Assembly (NCBI GenBank): GCA_034006035.1
Contig: JAVETN010000001.1
Span: 280,532-344,531, forward strand
DNA: 64,000 nucleotides
Reading direction: 5' to 3'
From: Desulforegulaceae bacterium
GTDB lineage: Bacteria > Desulfobacterota > Desulfobacteria > Desulfobacterales > JACKCP01
The position numbers and the translations under genes are program-made. Every line of letters starts with the position of its first letter. Within the stretch, counting starts at the first letter, position 1. The notes under the pieces were generated by a model. It saw nothing but the letters and a program-made list of their open reading frames with translations, did not search any database and was not told where the DNA came from. Of the stretch, positions 56,297 to 64,000 are shown piece by piece.

Positions 56297-56554
56297 TTAT
56301 CACCGTTTTTATTTGAAAAATATGAAATTAGAAGTTTAGTTAAAATATTATTTAACCAGGATAAACTCAATCTAAAAAGTGAAATTAAAGTTTTGTTTGA
56401 ATTCTTCTAAGGTTTATCGGTACTTTTGGACTGAAATTTTTACCTTAAATGAATTGAAGTGAAAACTTGGTTTTTGGTTAACTGGTTTTAATTATTCTTG
56501 TTGCAAGGCCGGTGATTTTTAAGTAAGTTTAAAGATATTTAAGGAGATTAAGTT

Positions 56555-57148
56555 ATGTTAAATTCCGGGATAAAATACCCCTTTGGAAAAAGAATAAGAA
56601 AAATAAGAGAAAAGAAAAAACTTACCTTAAAAACAGTGGCCTCAAGTGCGGGGGTAAGTGAAAGTCTTATCTCTCAGATTGAAAGGGACAAGGTGTCTCC
56701 TTCGATAGATACTTTGTTTGGGATAGTAGATGTTTTAGATATTGATCTTGAATATATTTTTAAAGATTTTAAAAAAAAGAGGATGGTCAATATAGTAAAA
56801 TCAGCTCAAAGAAATATCAGGACAATTGGGGATATAACCTATCATCAGCTTTCTTCAATCAGCTCTCCTGAAGGAGATAAGACAAAAGATGTGGAAGCTT
56901 ATCTCATAGAAATTCCAGCGGACAATGAAAAAGGTAGCAGTGAATATGGTCATGCTGGAAAAGAGATGGGTTTTATCCTTGAGGGAAGTGGAATCCTTGA
57001 GTATGGAGGTGTAAATTACAAGTTGGAAAAAGGGGACAGCGTTTCTTTTGAATCAGATATTCCACACAAGCTTAAAAATAATGGAAGTGAAACTTTAAAG
57101 GCTTTTTGGGTTACCACTCCTCCAAGGCTTTTTATCCACAATACTTAA
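56555..57148 (+). CDS. XRE-family HTH transcriptional regulator with C-terminal cupin domain
   Basis: HTH_3 segment LTLKTVASSAGVSESLISQIERDKVSPSIDTL, and cupin segment HAGKEMGFILEGSGILEYGG..GDSVSFESDIPHKLKN. Confidence 0.85.
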   Translation: MLNSGIKYPFGKRIRKIREKKKLTLKTVASSAGVSESLISQIERDKVSPSIDTLFGIVDVLDIDLEYIFKDFKKKRMVNIVKSAQRNIRTIGDITYHQLSSISSPEGDKTKDVEAYLIEIPADNEKGSSEYGHAGKEMGFILEGSGILEYGGVNYKLEKGDSVSFESDIPHKLKNNGSETLKAFWVTTPPRLFIHNT

Positions 57149-57163
57149 TTGTAAAAAATAAAA

Positions 57164-57190
57164 AAACCGGCAAGTTGCCGGGTTTGATTT
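57164..57190 (+). terminator. Candidate terminator after the XRE-cupin gene
   Basis: ccggc (57167-57171) pairs with gccgg (57177-57181) within aaaccggcaagttgccgggtttgattt. The stem is short and the T-run interrupted. Confidence 0.45.
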
Positions 57191-57237
57191 GTATAGAAAA
57201 TAAATAAAAATTTTAAATACAGGAGATTTTTTTAGAG

Positions 57238-58524
57238 ATGGGAAAAACAATAGCAGAAAAAATATTTGATGCTCATCTTGTTGATACCCCTGGAAAAGGT
57301 ATAAATGTCCTTAGACTTGATTCGGTATTTTGCCACGAGATTACAACTCCGGTGGCAATTAATGACCTTAAAAAAAGAGGTAAGGACAGGGTCTTTGATC
57401 CTGACAAGATAAAAGTTGTAATAGATCATGTAACACCTGCCAAGGATTCAAAAACAGCACTTCAGGGAAAGATATTAAGGGATTGGGCAAAGGAAAATAA
57501 AATTAAGGATTTTTTTGATATAGGAAGAAATGGAGTTTGCCACGCAATTTTTCCAGAGAAAGGTTTTGTAAGGCCCGGGGCAACAATTATTATGGGTGAT
57601 TCTCATACTTGTACACACGGGGCTTTTGGAGCCTTTGCCGCAGGTGTTGGTACTACAGATTTAGAAGTGGGAATTTTAAAAGGAGTTTGTGCTTTTAAAT
57701 ATCCTGAAACAATAAAAATTGAAGTTGAAGGAAGTCTTAAGCAAGGTGTGTTTGCAAAGGATCTTATTTTGCACATCATCGGTATGCTTGGGGTTAATGG
57801 GGCCACTGACAAGGTTATTGAATTTACCGGTCCTGTTATTTCAGAAATGAATATGGAAGAAAGAATGACCCTTTGCAATATGGCCATAGAAGCAGGAGGA
57901 ACAAGCGGTATTTGTTATCCTGATGAAAAAACAGTGGATTATCTTTGGGAATTTATAAAATCAGACTTTGATTCAAAAGAAGAAGCTTTAAATGATTATT
58001 CAAAATGGATTTCAGACAAAGATGCCAAGTATTCAGAAACAATCAAAATAGATGCTTCTCAAGTTGTTCCTGTTTCAACTTTTGGATTTAAGCCAGATCT
58101 GGTAAAGCCTGTGGCTGAGTTTGAAAATGTAGTTGTAGATCAAGTGTATATAGGCTCATGTACCAATGGAAGGCTCTCAGATCTTGAAGTTGCAGCCAAG
58201 GTTTTGGAAGGCAAAAGGATTTCTGATAATGTCAGAGGAATAGTATCTCCTGCTACTCCTGAAGTTTTTAGCCAGGCTCTTGATAAGGGAATAATCAAAA
58301 TTTTTATGGATTCCGGATTTTGTGTTACAAATCCCACTTGCGGAGCCTGTCTTGGAATGAGTAATGGAGTTTTGGCAGAAGGAGAGGTTTGTGCTTCAAC
58401 AACAAACAGGAATTTTAACGGTCGAATGGGAAAAGGCGGGATGGTTCATCTTATGAGCCCTGCCACAGCAGCTCAGACAGCTATAAAAGGTTATATAGAA
58501 AACTCACCTTTGTTTAAGGGTTAG
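57238..58524 (+). CDS. leuC: Aconitase-family dehydratase large subunit (3-isopropylmalate dehydratase/homoaconitase type, ~420 aa)
   Basis: MGKTIAEKIFDAH, DHVTP, GDSHTCTHGAFGAFA, GSCTNGR and NRNFNGRMG are Fe-S ligand regions. The specificity (LeuC versus HacA) is not resolvable by eye. Confidence 0.85.
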   Translation: MGKTIAEKIFDAHLVDTPGKGINVLRLDSVFCHEITTPVAINDLKKRGKDRVFDPDKIKVVIDHVTPAKDSKTALQGKILRDWAKENKIKDFFDIGRNGVCHAIFPEKGFVRPGATIIMGDSHTCTHGAFGAFAAGVGTTDLEVGILKGVCAFKYPETIKIEVEGSLKQGVFAKDLILHIIGMLGVNGATDKVIEFTGPVISEMNMEERMTLCNMAIEAGGTSGICYPDEKTVDYLWEFIKSDFDSKEEALNDYSKWISDKDAKYSETIKIDASQVVPVSTFGFKPDLVKPVAEFENVVVDQVYIGSCTNGRLSDLEVAAKVLEGKRISDNVRGIVSPATPEVFSQALDKGIIKIFMDSGFCVTNPTCGACLGMSNGVLAEGEVCASTTNRNFNGRMGKGGMVHLMSPATAAQTAIKGYIENSPLFKG

Positions 58525-58534
58525 GAAGGATAAA

Positions 58535-59059
58535 ATGAAAAACTTTAATGGGAAAGTCCTTTTTCTTGATAGAGATGATATTAATACAGATGAAATAATA
58601 CCTGCAAGATATCTCACTGAAATTTCAAAAGAGGCCTTAAAACCATATCTTTTAGAAGATCTCAAGCTTGAAGGATTGGATTTGAAAGATATTGAAGATG
58701 CTTCTGTTATTATTACAAAAGGAAACTTTGGCTGTGGCTCTTCTAGAGAGCATGCTCCTTGGGCTTTTGAAGTAAACGGAATCAATCTTGTTATAGCAAA
58801 ATCCTTTGCAAGAATTTTTCGTCAGAATATGTTTAATTGTGGGATGATGGCTGTAACCCTTGAAAGCGATGAAATTGAAATGATTTTCAGTGAGTTTTTA
58901 AATGTAAAAGACGTTTATATTGAAACTGATTTTGATAACAAAAAATTTACCATAAGAGGATCTGGTAAAAGAAAAGAAGTTCCTTTTTCAATTTCAGAGT
59001 TTGATTCAAAGCTTGTAAAATCAGGCGGATGGGTTGATTTTGCTGATAAAAACTATTAA
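58535..59059 (+). CDS. leuD: Aconitase-family dehydratase small subunit (LeuD/HacB type)
   Basis: DINTDEIIPARYL and NFGCGSSREHAPWA swivel-domain motifs. It follows the large subunit by 10 nt. Confidence 0.85.
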   Translation: MKNFNGKVLFLDRDDINTDEIIPARYLTEISKEALKPYLLEDLKLEGLDLKDIEDASVIITKGNFGCGSSREHAPWAFEVNGINLVIAKSFARIFRQNMFNCGMMAVTLESDEIEMIFSEFLNVKDVYIETDFDNKKFTIRGSGKRKEVPFSISEFDSKLVKSGGWVDFADKNY

Positions 59060-59085
59060 GGTACAATTATAGTTTAATATAGAAG

Positions 59086-59109
59086 AGGCCGGAATTTCGG
59101 CCTTTTTTT
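59086..59109 (+). terminator. Rho-independent terminator after leuD
   Basis: aggccg (59086-59091) pairs with cggcct (59098-59103) across a 6-nt loop, followed by T7. Confidence 0.8.
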
Positions 59110-59236
59110 CTAAATGTAAGAAAGCTTTATTTTGATTCAATTAATTTAACTAAAGATGAATTTCATTTTTTAAAAGCCTGTGTTAACTTTTATTATAGAT
59201 TTGTAAATTTAAAAAAGACAAAAGGAATTATTAAAT

Positions 59237-59848
59237 TTGGATATAAAACTTGTTTTATTGGATTTTGGGGGAGTAATAGCAGAAGAAGGTTTTAAAAAAG
59301 GAATAACAGACCTTGCCTTAAAAAATGATCTTGATGTTGATTCCTTAAAAAAAACAGGATTTGATCTTGTATATGATAGCGGATTTACCAGGGGTAAGAC
59401 TGACTCGGATAAATTTTGGAACCTTTTTAAGGAAAAAACAGGTATAAATGAAGAAAACGACAAACTTACAGAATTTATTCTTGATAGATTTATCTTAAGA
59501 CCTGAAATGATTAACTTTATCAAATGGCTTAGAAAAAACAATCTCAGAACTGCCATTTTAAGTGATCAAACCAATTGGCTTGAAAAGCTTGACAGGAAAA
59601 ATGACTTTTTTAAGTATTTTGACAGGGTTTTTAATTCCTATCATCTTAAAATAACTAAAAAAGAGCCTGAAATCTTTGATTATGTTTTAAAAGAAATGAA
59701 CGAACTTCCTGAAAACACTTTATTTGTTGATGATCATAATCCCCATATTAAACGTGCTTTGAATAAAAAAATTAACTCAATTTTGTTTAAAGATTTGAAT
59801 GATTTTAAAAAGCAGATAAAAACATATTTTAAAGACGCAGAGTTTTAG
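59237..59848 (+). CDS. HAD-superfamily hydrolase (subfamily IA-like)
   Basis: Motif I-like LLDFGGVI, motif II ILSDQT and motif IV-like FVDDH. TTG start. Confidence 0.7.
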   Translation: MDIKLVLLDFGGVIAEEGFKKGITDLALKNDLDVDSLKKTGFDLVYDSGFTRGKTDSDKFWNLFKEKTGINEENDKLTEFILDRFILRPEMINFIKWLRKNNLRTAILSDQTNWLEKLDRKNDFFKYFDRVFNSYHLKITKKEPEIFDYVLKEMNELPENTLFVDDHNPHIKRALNKKINSILFKDLNDFKKQIKTYFKDAEF

Positions 59849-59949
59849 TTTTTTTACAGATCCATTTACCGGATTTTTAAGTCAGAATTTAGAAAATTAA
59901 AATATATTTTTAGTCTTATAATTAATTTATAAATTTTTAGGTATGAATA

Positions 59950-60213
59950 ATGAAAAGTTTTGAAGAATTGTTTGAAGAGCTTAAAATGAAAAAAGATTCA
60001 AATGACCCCAACTCAGGAACTGTAAAAGAACTTAAGAGCGGCATCCATGAAATAGGGAAAAAGATTCTTGAAGAAGCAGGGGAAGTCTGGATTGCTTCGG
60101 AATATGAAGGTAAGGAAAAAACAGCTGAAGAAATTTCCCAGCTTCTATATCATATTCAGGTAATGATGCTTGCCTGTGATTTGACACTTGAAGATGTTTA
60201 CAAATATTTATAG
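59950..60213 (+). CDS. hisE: Phosphoribosyl-ATP pyrophosphatase
   Basis: 87 aa. [45 protein letters not shown] is the MazG-like HisE pattern. It lies immediately upstream of hisG. Confidence 0.88.
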   Translation: MKSFEELFEELKMKKDSNDPNSGTVKELKSGIHEIGKKILEEAGEVWIASEYEGKEKTAEEISQLLYHIQVMMLACDLTLEDVYKYL

Positions 60214-60256
60214 ATTTTCAATAAGTTTTAAAAAAAGTTCAGGAGAAAATTGCCAA

Positions 60257-61105
60257 ATGTTAAAAATAGCTCTTCCTAATAAGGGAAGTTTGTCTGAAGA
60301 TGCAGTAAAGCTTGTAAAAGCTGCTGGATACTCATCAAGGCGTATAGGCAAAGAACTCATGGTTTCAGATTTAGAAAACATGATAGATTTTGTTTTTCTA
60401 AGACCAAGGGATATTGCTGTTTATGTGAGCAGAGGGATTTTGGATCTTGGAATAACAGGACGAGATCTTGCCCTTGACAGTAAAACCAATGTAAACGAAG
60501 TTTTTAAACTTGGGTTTGGAAAGTCTTATTTTTCCTATGCTTGTAAAAAAGGGGCTTTTGAATCAGTGGAGGAGCTGGATCATAAGCGGATTGCAACTTC
60601 ATATCCGGAAATAGTTCGTTCAGACTTTAACAAAAGAGGGTTAAAAGCTGATATAGTAAAGCTTGACGGAGCTGTTGAAATATCAATCGAGCTTGGAGTG
60701 GCAGATGCAATTGCAGATGTGGTGGAAACGGGCAGAACTTTAAAAGATGCAGGTCTTGAAACTCTTGGAGATCCTGTTTTAAATTCAGAGGCTGTTTTGA
60801 TTTCAAGGAATTTAAAAACACTTGAAAACAAGGAAGCTTATATTTTTACTGAAAGAATCAAAGGAATTTTAACTGCAAGAGAATATGTTATAATTGAGTA
60901 TGATGTTGAAGAAAAACTCCTTGAAAAGGCAGCTGCTATAACTCCTGGGATTGAGTCTCCCACTGTTTCTCCTTTAAGCAAAAAAGGATGGATTGCAATA
61001 AAGTCCATGGTAAGAAAAAAAGAAGTTAATTTTATGATGGATAAACTTGTGGAGCTTGGAGCAAGGGGAGTTATTGTAATTGATATAAGAACATGCAGAA
61101 TATAG
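60257..61105 (+). CDS. hisG: ATP phosphoribosyltransferase, long form
   Basis: MLKIALPNKGSLSEDAVKLVKAAGY, DLGITGRD and DVVETGRTLK, plus a C-terminal regulatory domain. Start moved to ATG 60257 (AGGAG SD); the listed ATG 60188 overlaps hisE. Confidence 0.92.
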   Translation: MLKIALPNKGSLSEDAVKLVKAAGYSSRRIGKELMVSDLENMIDFVFLRPRDIAVYVSRGILDLGITGRDLALDSKTNVNEVFKLGFGKSYFSYACKKGAFESVEELDHKRIATSYPEIVRSDFNKRGLKADIVKLDGAVEISIELGVADAIADVVETGRTLKDAGLETLGDPVLNSEAVLISRNLKTLENKEAYIFTERIKGILTAREYVIIEYDVEEKLLEKAAAITPGIESPTVSPLSKKGWIAIKSMVRKKEVNFMMDKLVELGARGVIVIDIRTCRI

Positions 61106-61185
61106 TTTTTTTTAATTTAATTAGGTTAAGTCTGCTAAGCTTAAAATAAATTATAAGTTATAAATCAATTAAAAAAGAGTTTGCC

Positions 61186-62598
61186 ATGATAAATTCAAAA
61201 GCTTTTATTTCAGGCCATACGAAAAAGCCTTCCAATTTTTGTCTTGCAGCAGCAAGAATTTCAACCACTAAAGGCAGTGCCCTTGAAATTTATAAAGATA
61301 GCATGGAAAAAGAAGACACCTCATTAATAGAAAAAGTGCTCTCCATGGGCCATCATTCTGTAAGTGAGCATATTTATTTCAATATAATTTTTGATAATGT
61401 ATCTGTAATTACCGAACAATTTATGATTGAGTTTAGACTTGCATCTTTTACTGTAAAGTCAAGAAGATATGTTGATTATAAGAAGATGGGCTTTGTTTTT
61501 CCGGAATTAAGATTCAAGGATGATCTTTCTGAAGATGAAAAAAAAGAGCTTGAAAAAGAATATAATCAAGGAATGGAAGCTCTTTTCAAAGCTTATTCAG
61601 AGTTAACTGAAAATGAGGTTCCAAGGGAAGATGCAAGATTTATTCTGCCATATAGTTTCAGGAGTAATTTTTATTGCACTGTGAATGCCAGGGAATTGAT
61701 GAAAATAATTTATTCTGCTTGCTATGGAAGAGGTTCAAAATATCCTGAGATAAAAAAATTAGGCAAGATGCTTTTGGAACAGGCAAGAGAAGTTTTTAAA
61801 GAACCTTTTTCCATGATAGAAAAAATTGCAGGTTTTAAAGATAATCTTCCTTTATTTACAAATTCTCTTTTAAATTCTCAGGTTCAAAGTAGCTGTCTTT
61901 CTGAAAAAAAAGTTGAGCTTTTGTCTTCAACAGAAAATGCTTCATATAAAATGGTTGTTTCACAAATTATTGGGCAAACAGGTATCTCAACTGAAAATGC
62001 CCAAAAAACAATTAAAGAAAACCCGAAAGTTTACAATGATATTATTTCTGAAACCATAGCAGACGGAAGGGCAAGAGCTTTAGAAAATATCAGCTTTGGA
62101 TTTAGGATAAACAGAATAAGCCTTGCAGGGCTTACTCATCTTGTAAGGCATAGAATTCAGTCAATTATTGTTCCTGATCTTTCAACTGGGGTAAGGTTTG
62201 ATGATTTTATTTTACCTGAAAGCATTAAAAACAATCCCAAGCTTAATGAAGTTTACAACAATTCTTATGAAAAGCATTTGGATTTATATAAAAAATTTAA
62301 AGAAAAGCTTAAATTTAAAGAAGATCTTGTTTATTTTGCTTTGGCAGGAATGAGACTTGATGTGGTTACTTCAATGAATGCCAGAGAACTTTTTCATTTT
62401 TTACGTTTGAGGACATGTATGAGAGCCCAATGGGAAATAAGGGAGTTTGCCTATGAAATGCTTTCATTGTTAAGAGCAAAAGAGCCCGATCTTTTTAAGA
62501 AAGTAGGGCCTGGTTGCTTTATGGACGGAGTTTGTCCAGAAGGTAAATTTACCTGTAAAAAAATGGATGAGGTTAGGCAATTAATTTCTAGACTATAA
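61186..62598 (+). CDS. thyX: ThyX-like flavin-dependent thymidylate synthase with two tandem ThyX-type domains (470 aa)
   Basis: Domain 1 has GHHSVSEH, EFRLASFTVKSRRYV and EDARFILP..NAREL. Domain 2 has ALENISFGFRINRISLAGLTHLVRHRIQS and NARELFHFLRLRTCMRAQWEIREFA. The C-terminal tail carries three Cys. Confidence 0.75.
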   Translation: MINSKAFISGHTKKPSNFCLAAARISTTKGSALEIYKDSMEKEDTSLIEKVLSMGHHSVSEHIYFNIIFDNVSVITEQFMIEFRLASFTVKSRRYVDYKKMGFVFPELRFKDDLSEDEKKELEKEYNQGMEALFKAYSELTENEVPREDARFILPYSFRSNFYCTVNARELMKIIYSACYGRGSKYPEIKKLGKMLLEQAREVFKEPFSMIEKIAGFKDNLPLFTNSLLNSQVQSSCLSEKKVELLSSTENASYKMVVSQIIGQTGISTENAQKTIKENPKVYNDIISETIADGRARALENISFGFRINRISLAGLTHLVRHRIQSIIVPDLSTGVRFDDFILPESIKNNPKLNEVYNNSYEKHLDLYKKFKEKLKFKEDLVYFALAGMRLDVVTSMNARELFHFLRLRTCMRAQWEIREFAYEMLSLLRAKEPDLFKKVGPGCFMDGVCPEGKFTCKKMDEVRQLISRL

Positions 62599-62797
62599 TT
62601 ATATTTTTTTTGGGCTTTGGCTTACCTGTATTTTTTGGAGAGTAAAATTTGCATTTTGTTCCCGAGCTTTGAAAAACTACAAGGGAGGGCACAATTGAAC
62701 TTTTAAAGCCTAAAGCTTTGCACCCATGCGGATTTTTTTTCTCCCATGTAACATAATAATATTTACATCTATGACAGTTTATACGGTTGCTTGCCAT
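62588..62797 (-). CDS. Small Cys-rich conserved-looking hypothetical protein (69 aa)
   Basis: NCHRCKYYYVTWEKKNPHGCKALGFKS..SGTKCKFY has a CxxC..C..C pattern and a basic tail. It overlaps the thyX 3' end by 11 nt, and its ATG overlaps the cyaA ATG by 2 nt. Its reality is unproven. Confidence 0.4.
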   Translation of the reverse strand: MASNRINCHRCKYYYVTWEKKNPHGCKALGFKSSIVPSLVVFQSSGTKCKFYSPKNTGKPKPKKNIIIV

Positions 62798-64000
62798 GTC
62801 TATAATGGGCCTAGAAAAATTAATAAGAAGAAATAGTCATATATTTAGTTTATATAATGACAAAAGGAAAGCTCTTTTTAAAGAAATCGCCCCTAAAGAG
62901 AGTACTCAGATATTATATCTTTTGCCCTGGCTTCTCAGTGTTAATCATAAAAAATGCCCTGGTTATCTGCCTGATTTTAAAGGGGAATTTAAAATATTCG
63001 GGTTAGAGTCTGTTCCCTGGATGAAAAAAAAAGAAAAGTTGTTTAAAAAAAAGTTCAAAGTTGAAGATTTGAGACAGCCCTATGGGCAGAGCAGGGAAAT
63101 TTGTGTTATTGATGGTGTTTATACCATAGGAAGTATAGGAACCCTTGCCCATACAGCATATTCCGATTGTGATATTTGGGTTTGTGTAGATTTTGAGAAG
63201 CTTGGAAACAAAAACAGGAGATTTTTAACCCAGAAAATAAATCTTATCAAAGACTGGTATGATGAAAACTGTAGAATTCCCATATATTTTTTTATTTCAG
63301 ACATAGATAATATCAAAAAAGGTTATTTTGGGAAAGTTGATAATGTAAGTTCAGGCTCTGCCCAGAAAAATATTTTAATAGAGGAGTTCTATAGAACAAC
63401 CATAGTTATTGCAGGAAAAATTCCTTTTTGGTGGCTTTGTGTAGATTCAGGGGAAAGCCTTGATTATGAATCAACCTTTGCTTCTGTTGAAAAGAGTCTT
63501 GGGGGAGGAAGTGAGTATGCAGATTTTGGTGCCCTCCCACCTGTAAACCCGGAAGAGTATTTAGGAGCTTCTTTGTGGCAGCTTCAGAAAGCATTTGCAA
63601 GTCCACTAAAGTCAGTAATTAAAATGGCTCTTTTGAAAAGGCAGATTGATGATCCAGGTAGAAGGCTTGCGGCAGACCTTTTCAGGCAAAAAGTTTTGCT
63701 TTCAAAATCAGAAGATTTTGTTGAGCCAATGACTTTTACCATGGAGCTCTTAATTCATAGTTTTGATACAGGAGTAAAGCCGGAAAGGCTCTCATTTTTA
63801 AAAGAATGTTTTTTTTTAAGATGCAATATAAATGTTTCAGAAAAAAATCCGCTAAAGAAAAAACTTGTCAGCTCTTTTTTAAAGAGTTCAAAGATTCCTA
63901 AAACAGTTGTTCGTGATCTTCAAAATTTTAAAAACTGGGATATGTCGTCTCAAATAAAACTTGGGAAACGTTTGGTCCAGGAGCTTTTTTCTTTTTATAA
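62796..64000 (+). CDS. cyaA: Class I adenylate cyclase (CyaA-type), 3'-truncated by the window edge; not in the supplied ORF track
   Basis: The frame is open from 62775 to the window end. LLPWLLSVNHKKCPGYLPD, VYTIGSIGTLAHTAYSDCDIWVCV, ILIEEFYRTTIVIAGKIPFWW and EEYLGASLWQLQKAFASPLKSVIKMALL parallel E. coli CyaA catalytic-domain segments. The start may be ATG 62796, ATG 62805 or TTG 62787. Confidence 0.8.
   Translation, partial: MSIMGLEKLIRRNSHIFSLYNDKRKALFKEIAPKESTQILYLLPWLLSVNHKKCPGYLPDFKGEFKIFGLESVPWMKKKEKLFKKKFKVEDLRQPYGQSREICVIDGVYTIGSIGTLAHTAYSDCDIWVCVDFEKLGNKNRRFLTQKINLIKDWYDENCRIPIYFFISDIDNIKKGYFGKVDNVSSGSAQKNILIEEFYRTTIVIAGKIPFWWLCVDSGESLDYESTFASVEKSLGGGSEYADFGALPPVNPEEYLGASLWQLQKAFASPLKSVIKMALLKRQIDDPGRRLAADLFRQKVLLSKSEDFVEPMTFTMELLIHSFDTGVKPERLSFLKECFFLRCNINVSEKNPLKKKLVSSFLKSSKIPKTVVRDLQNFKNWDMSSQIKLGKRLVQELFSFY

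Overview
This is a 64-kb, mostly housekeeping chromosomal segment from an AT-rich, flagellated Gram-negative bacterium. A few hand counts give about 27-43% GC per 60-nt line. The protein repertoire looks deltaproteobacterial/Desulfobacterota-like to me, but that is an impression, not a result. I call about 59 protein genes, tRNA-Arg(CCG), one CAT-anticodon tRNA and a type-A RNase P RNA. In order the window holds: the 3' end of a flagellar late operon (giant flgK and flgL) followed by two nucleotide-sugar modification genes; an esterase and hemolysin-III; ychF and gdh; a nitronate monooxygenase-like gene; an MFS transporter; an AT-richer pair of exported/lipoprotein genes; a YehZYXW/OsmU-like osmoprotectant ABC operon; avtA; smr-DUF503; a solitary dynamin-like GTPase with hypothetical neighbours; hisB; dnaG-rpoD; nif3, a Zn-ribbon gene and rnpB; an HPr-fusion gene; ispD; a DJ-1/thioesterase/LOG-like operon; map-ychJ; three phasin-like small genes; argC, folD and an M23 peptidase; secA; clpS-clpA-aat-sbcB; pyrD; an XRE-cupin regulator with leuCD-like genes; hisE-hisG; a double-domain ThyX; and the 5' part of a class I adenylate cyclase. 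I saw no CRISPR array, transposase, integrase, phage genes or recognisable defence/toxin-antitoxin module, so I do not think the window holds a classical accessory island. The most unusual observations are: (1) a triplicated SD+ATG cassette followed by an A9 tract that puts every ATG out of frame with a 798-aa lipoprotein ORF; (2) FlgL and FlgK enlarged by tandem arrays of modules, one of which is shared between the two proteins; (3) an HPr domain fused to an uncharacterised ~330-aa N-terminal domain; (4) a fused two-domain ThyX with complementary motif retention; (5) near-identical SEC-C zinc motifs on Map, YchJ and SecA. All family assignments rest on motif recognition by eye; no database search was possible.
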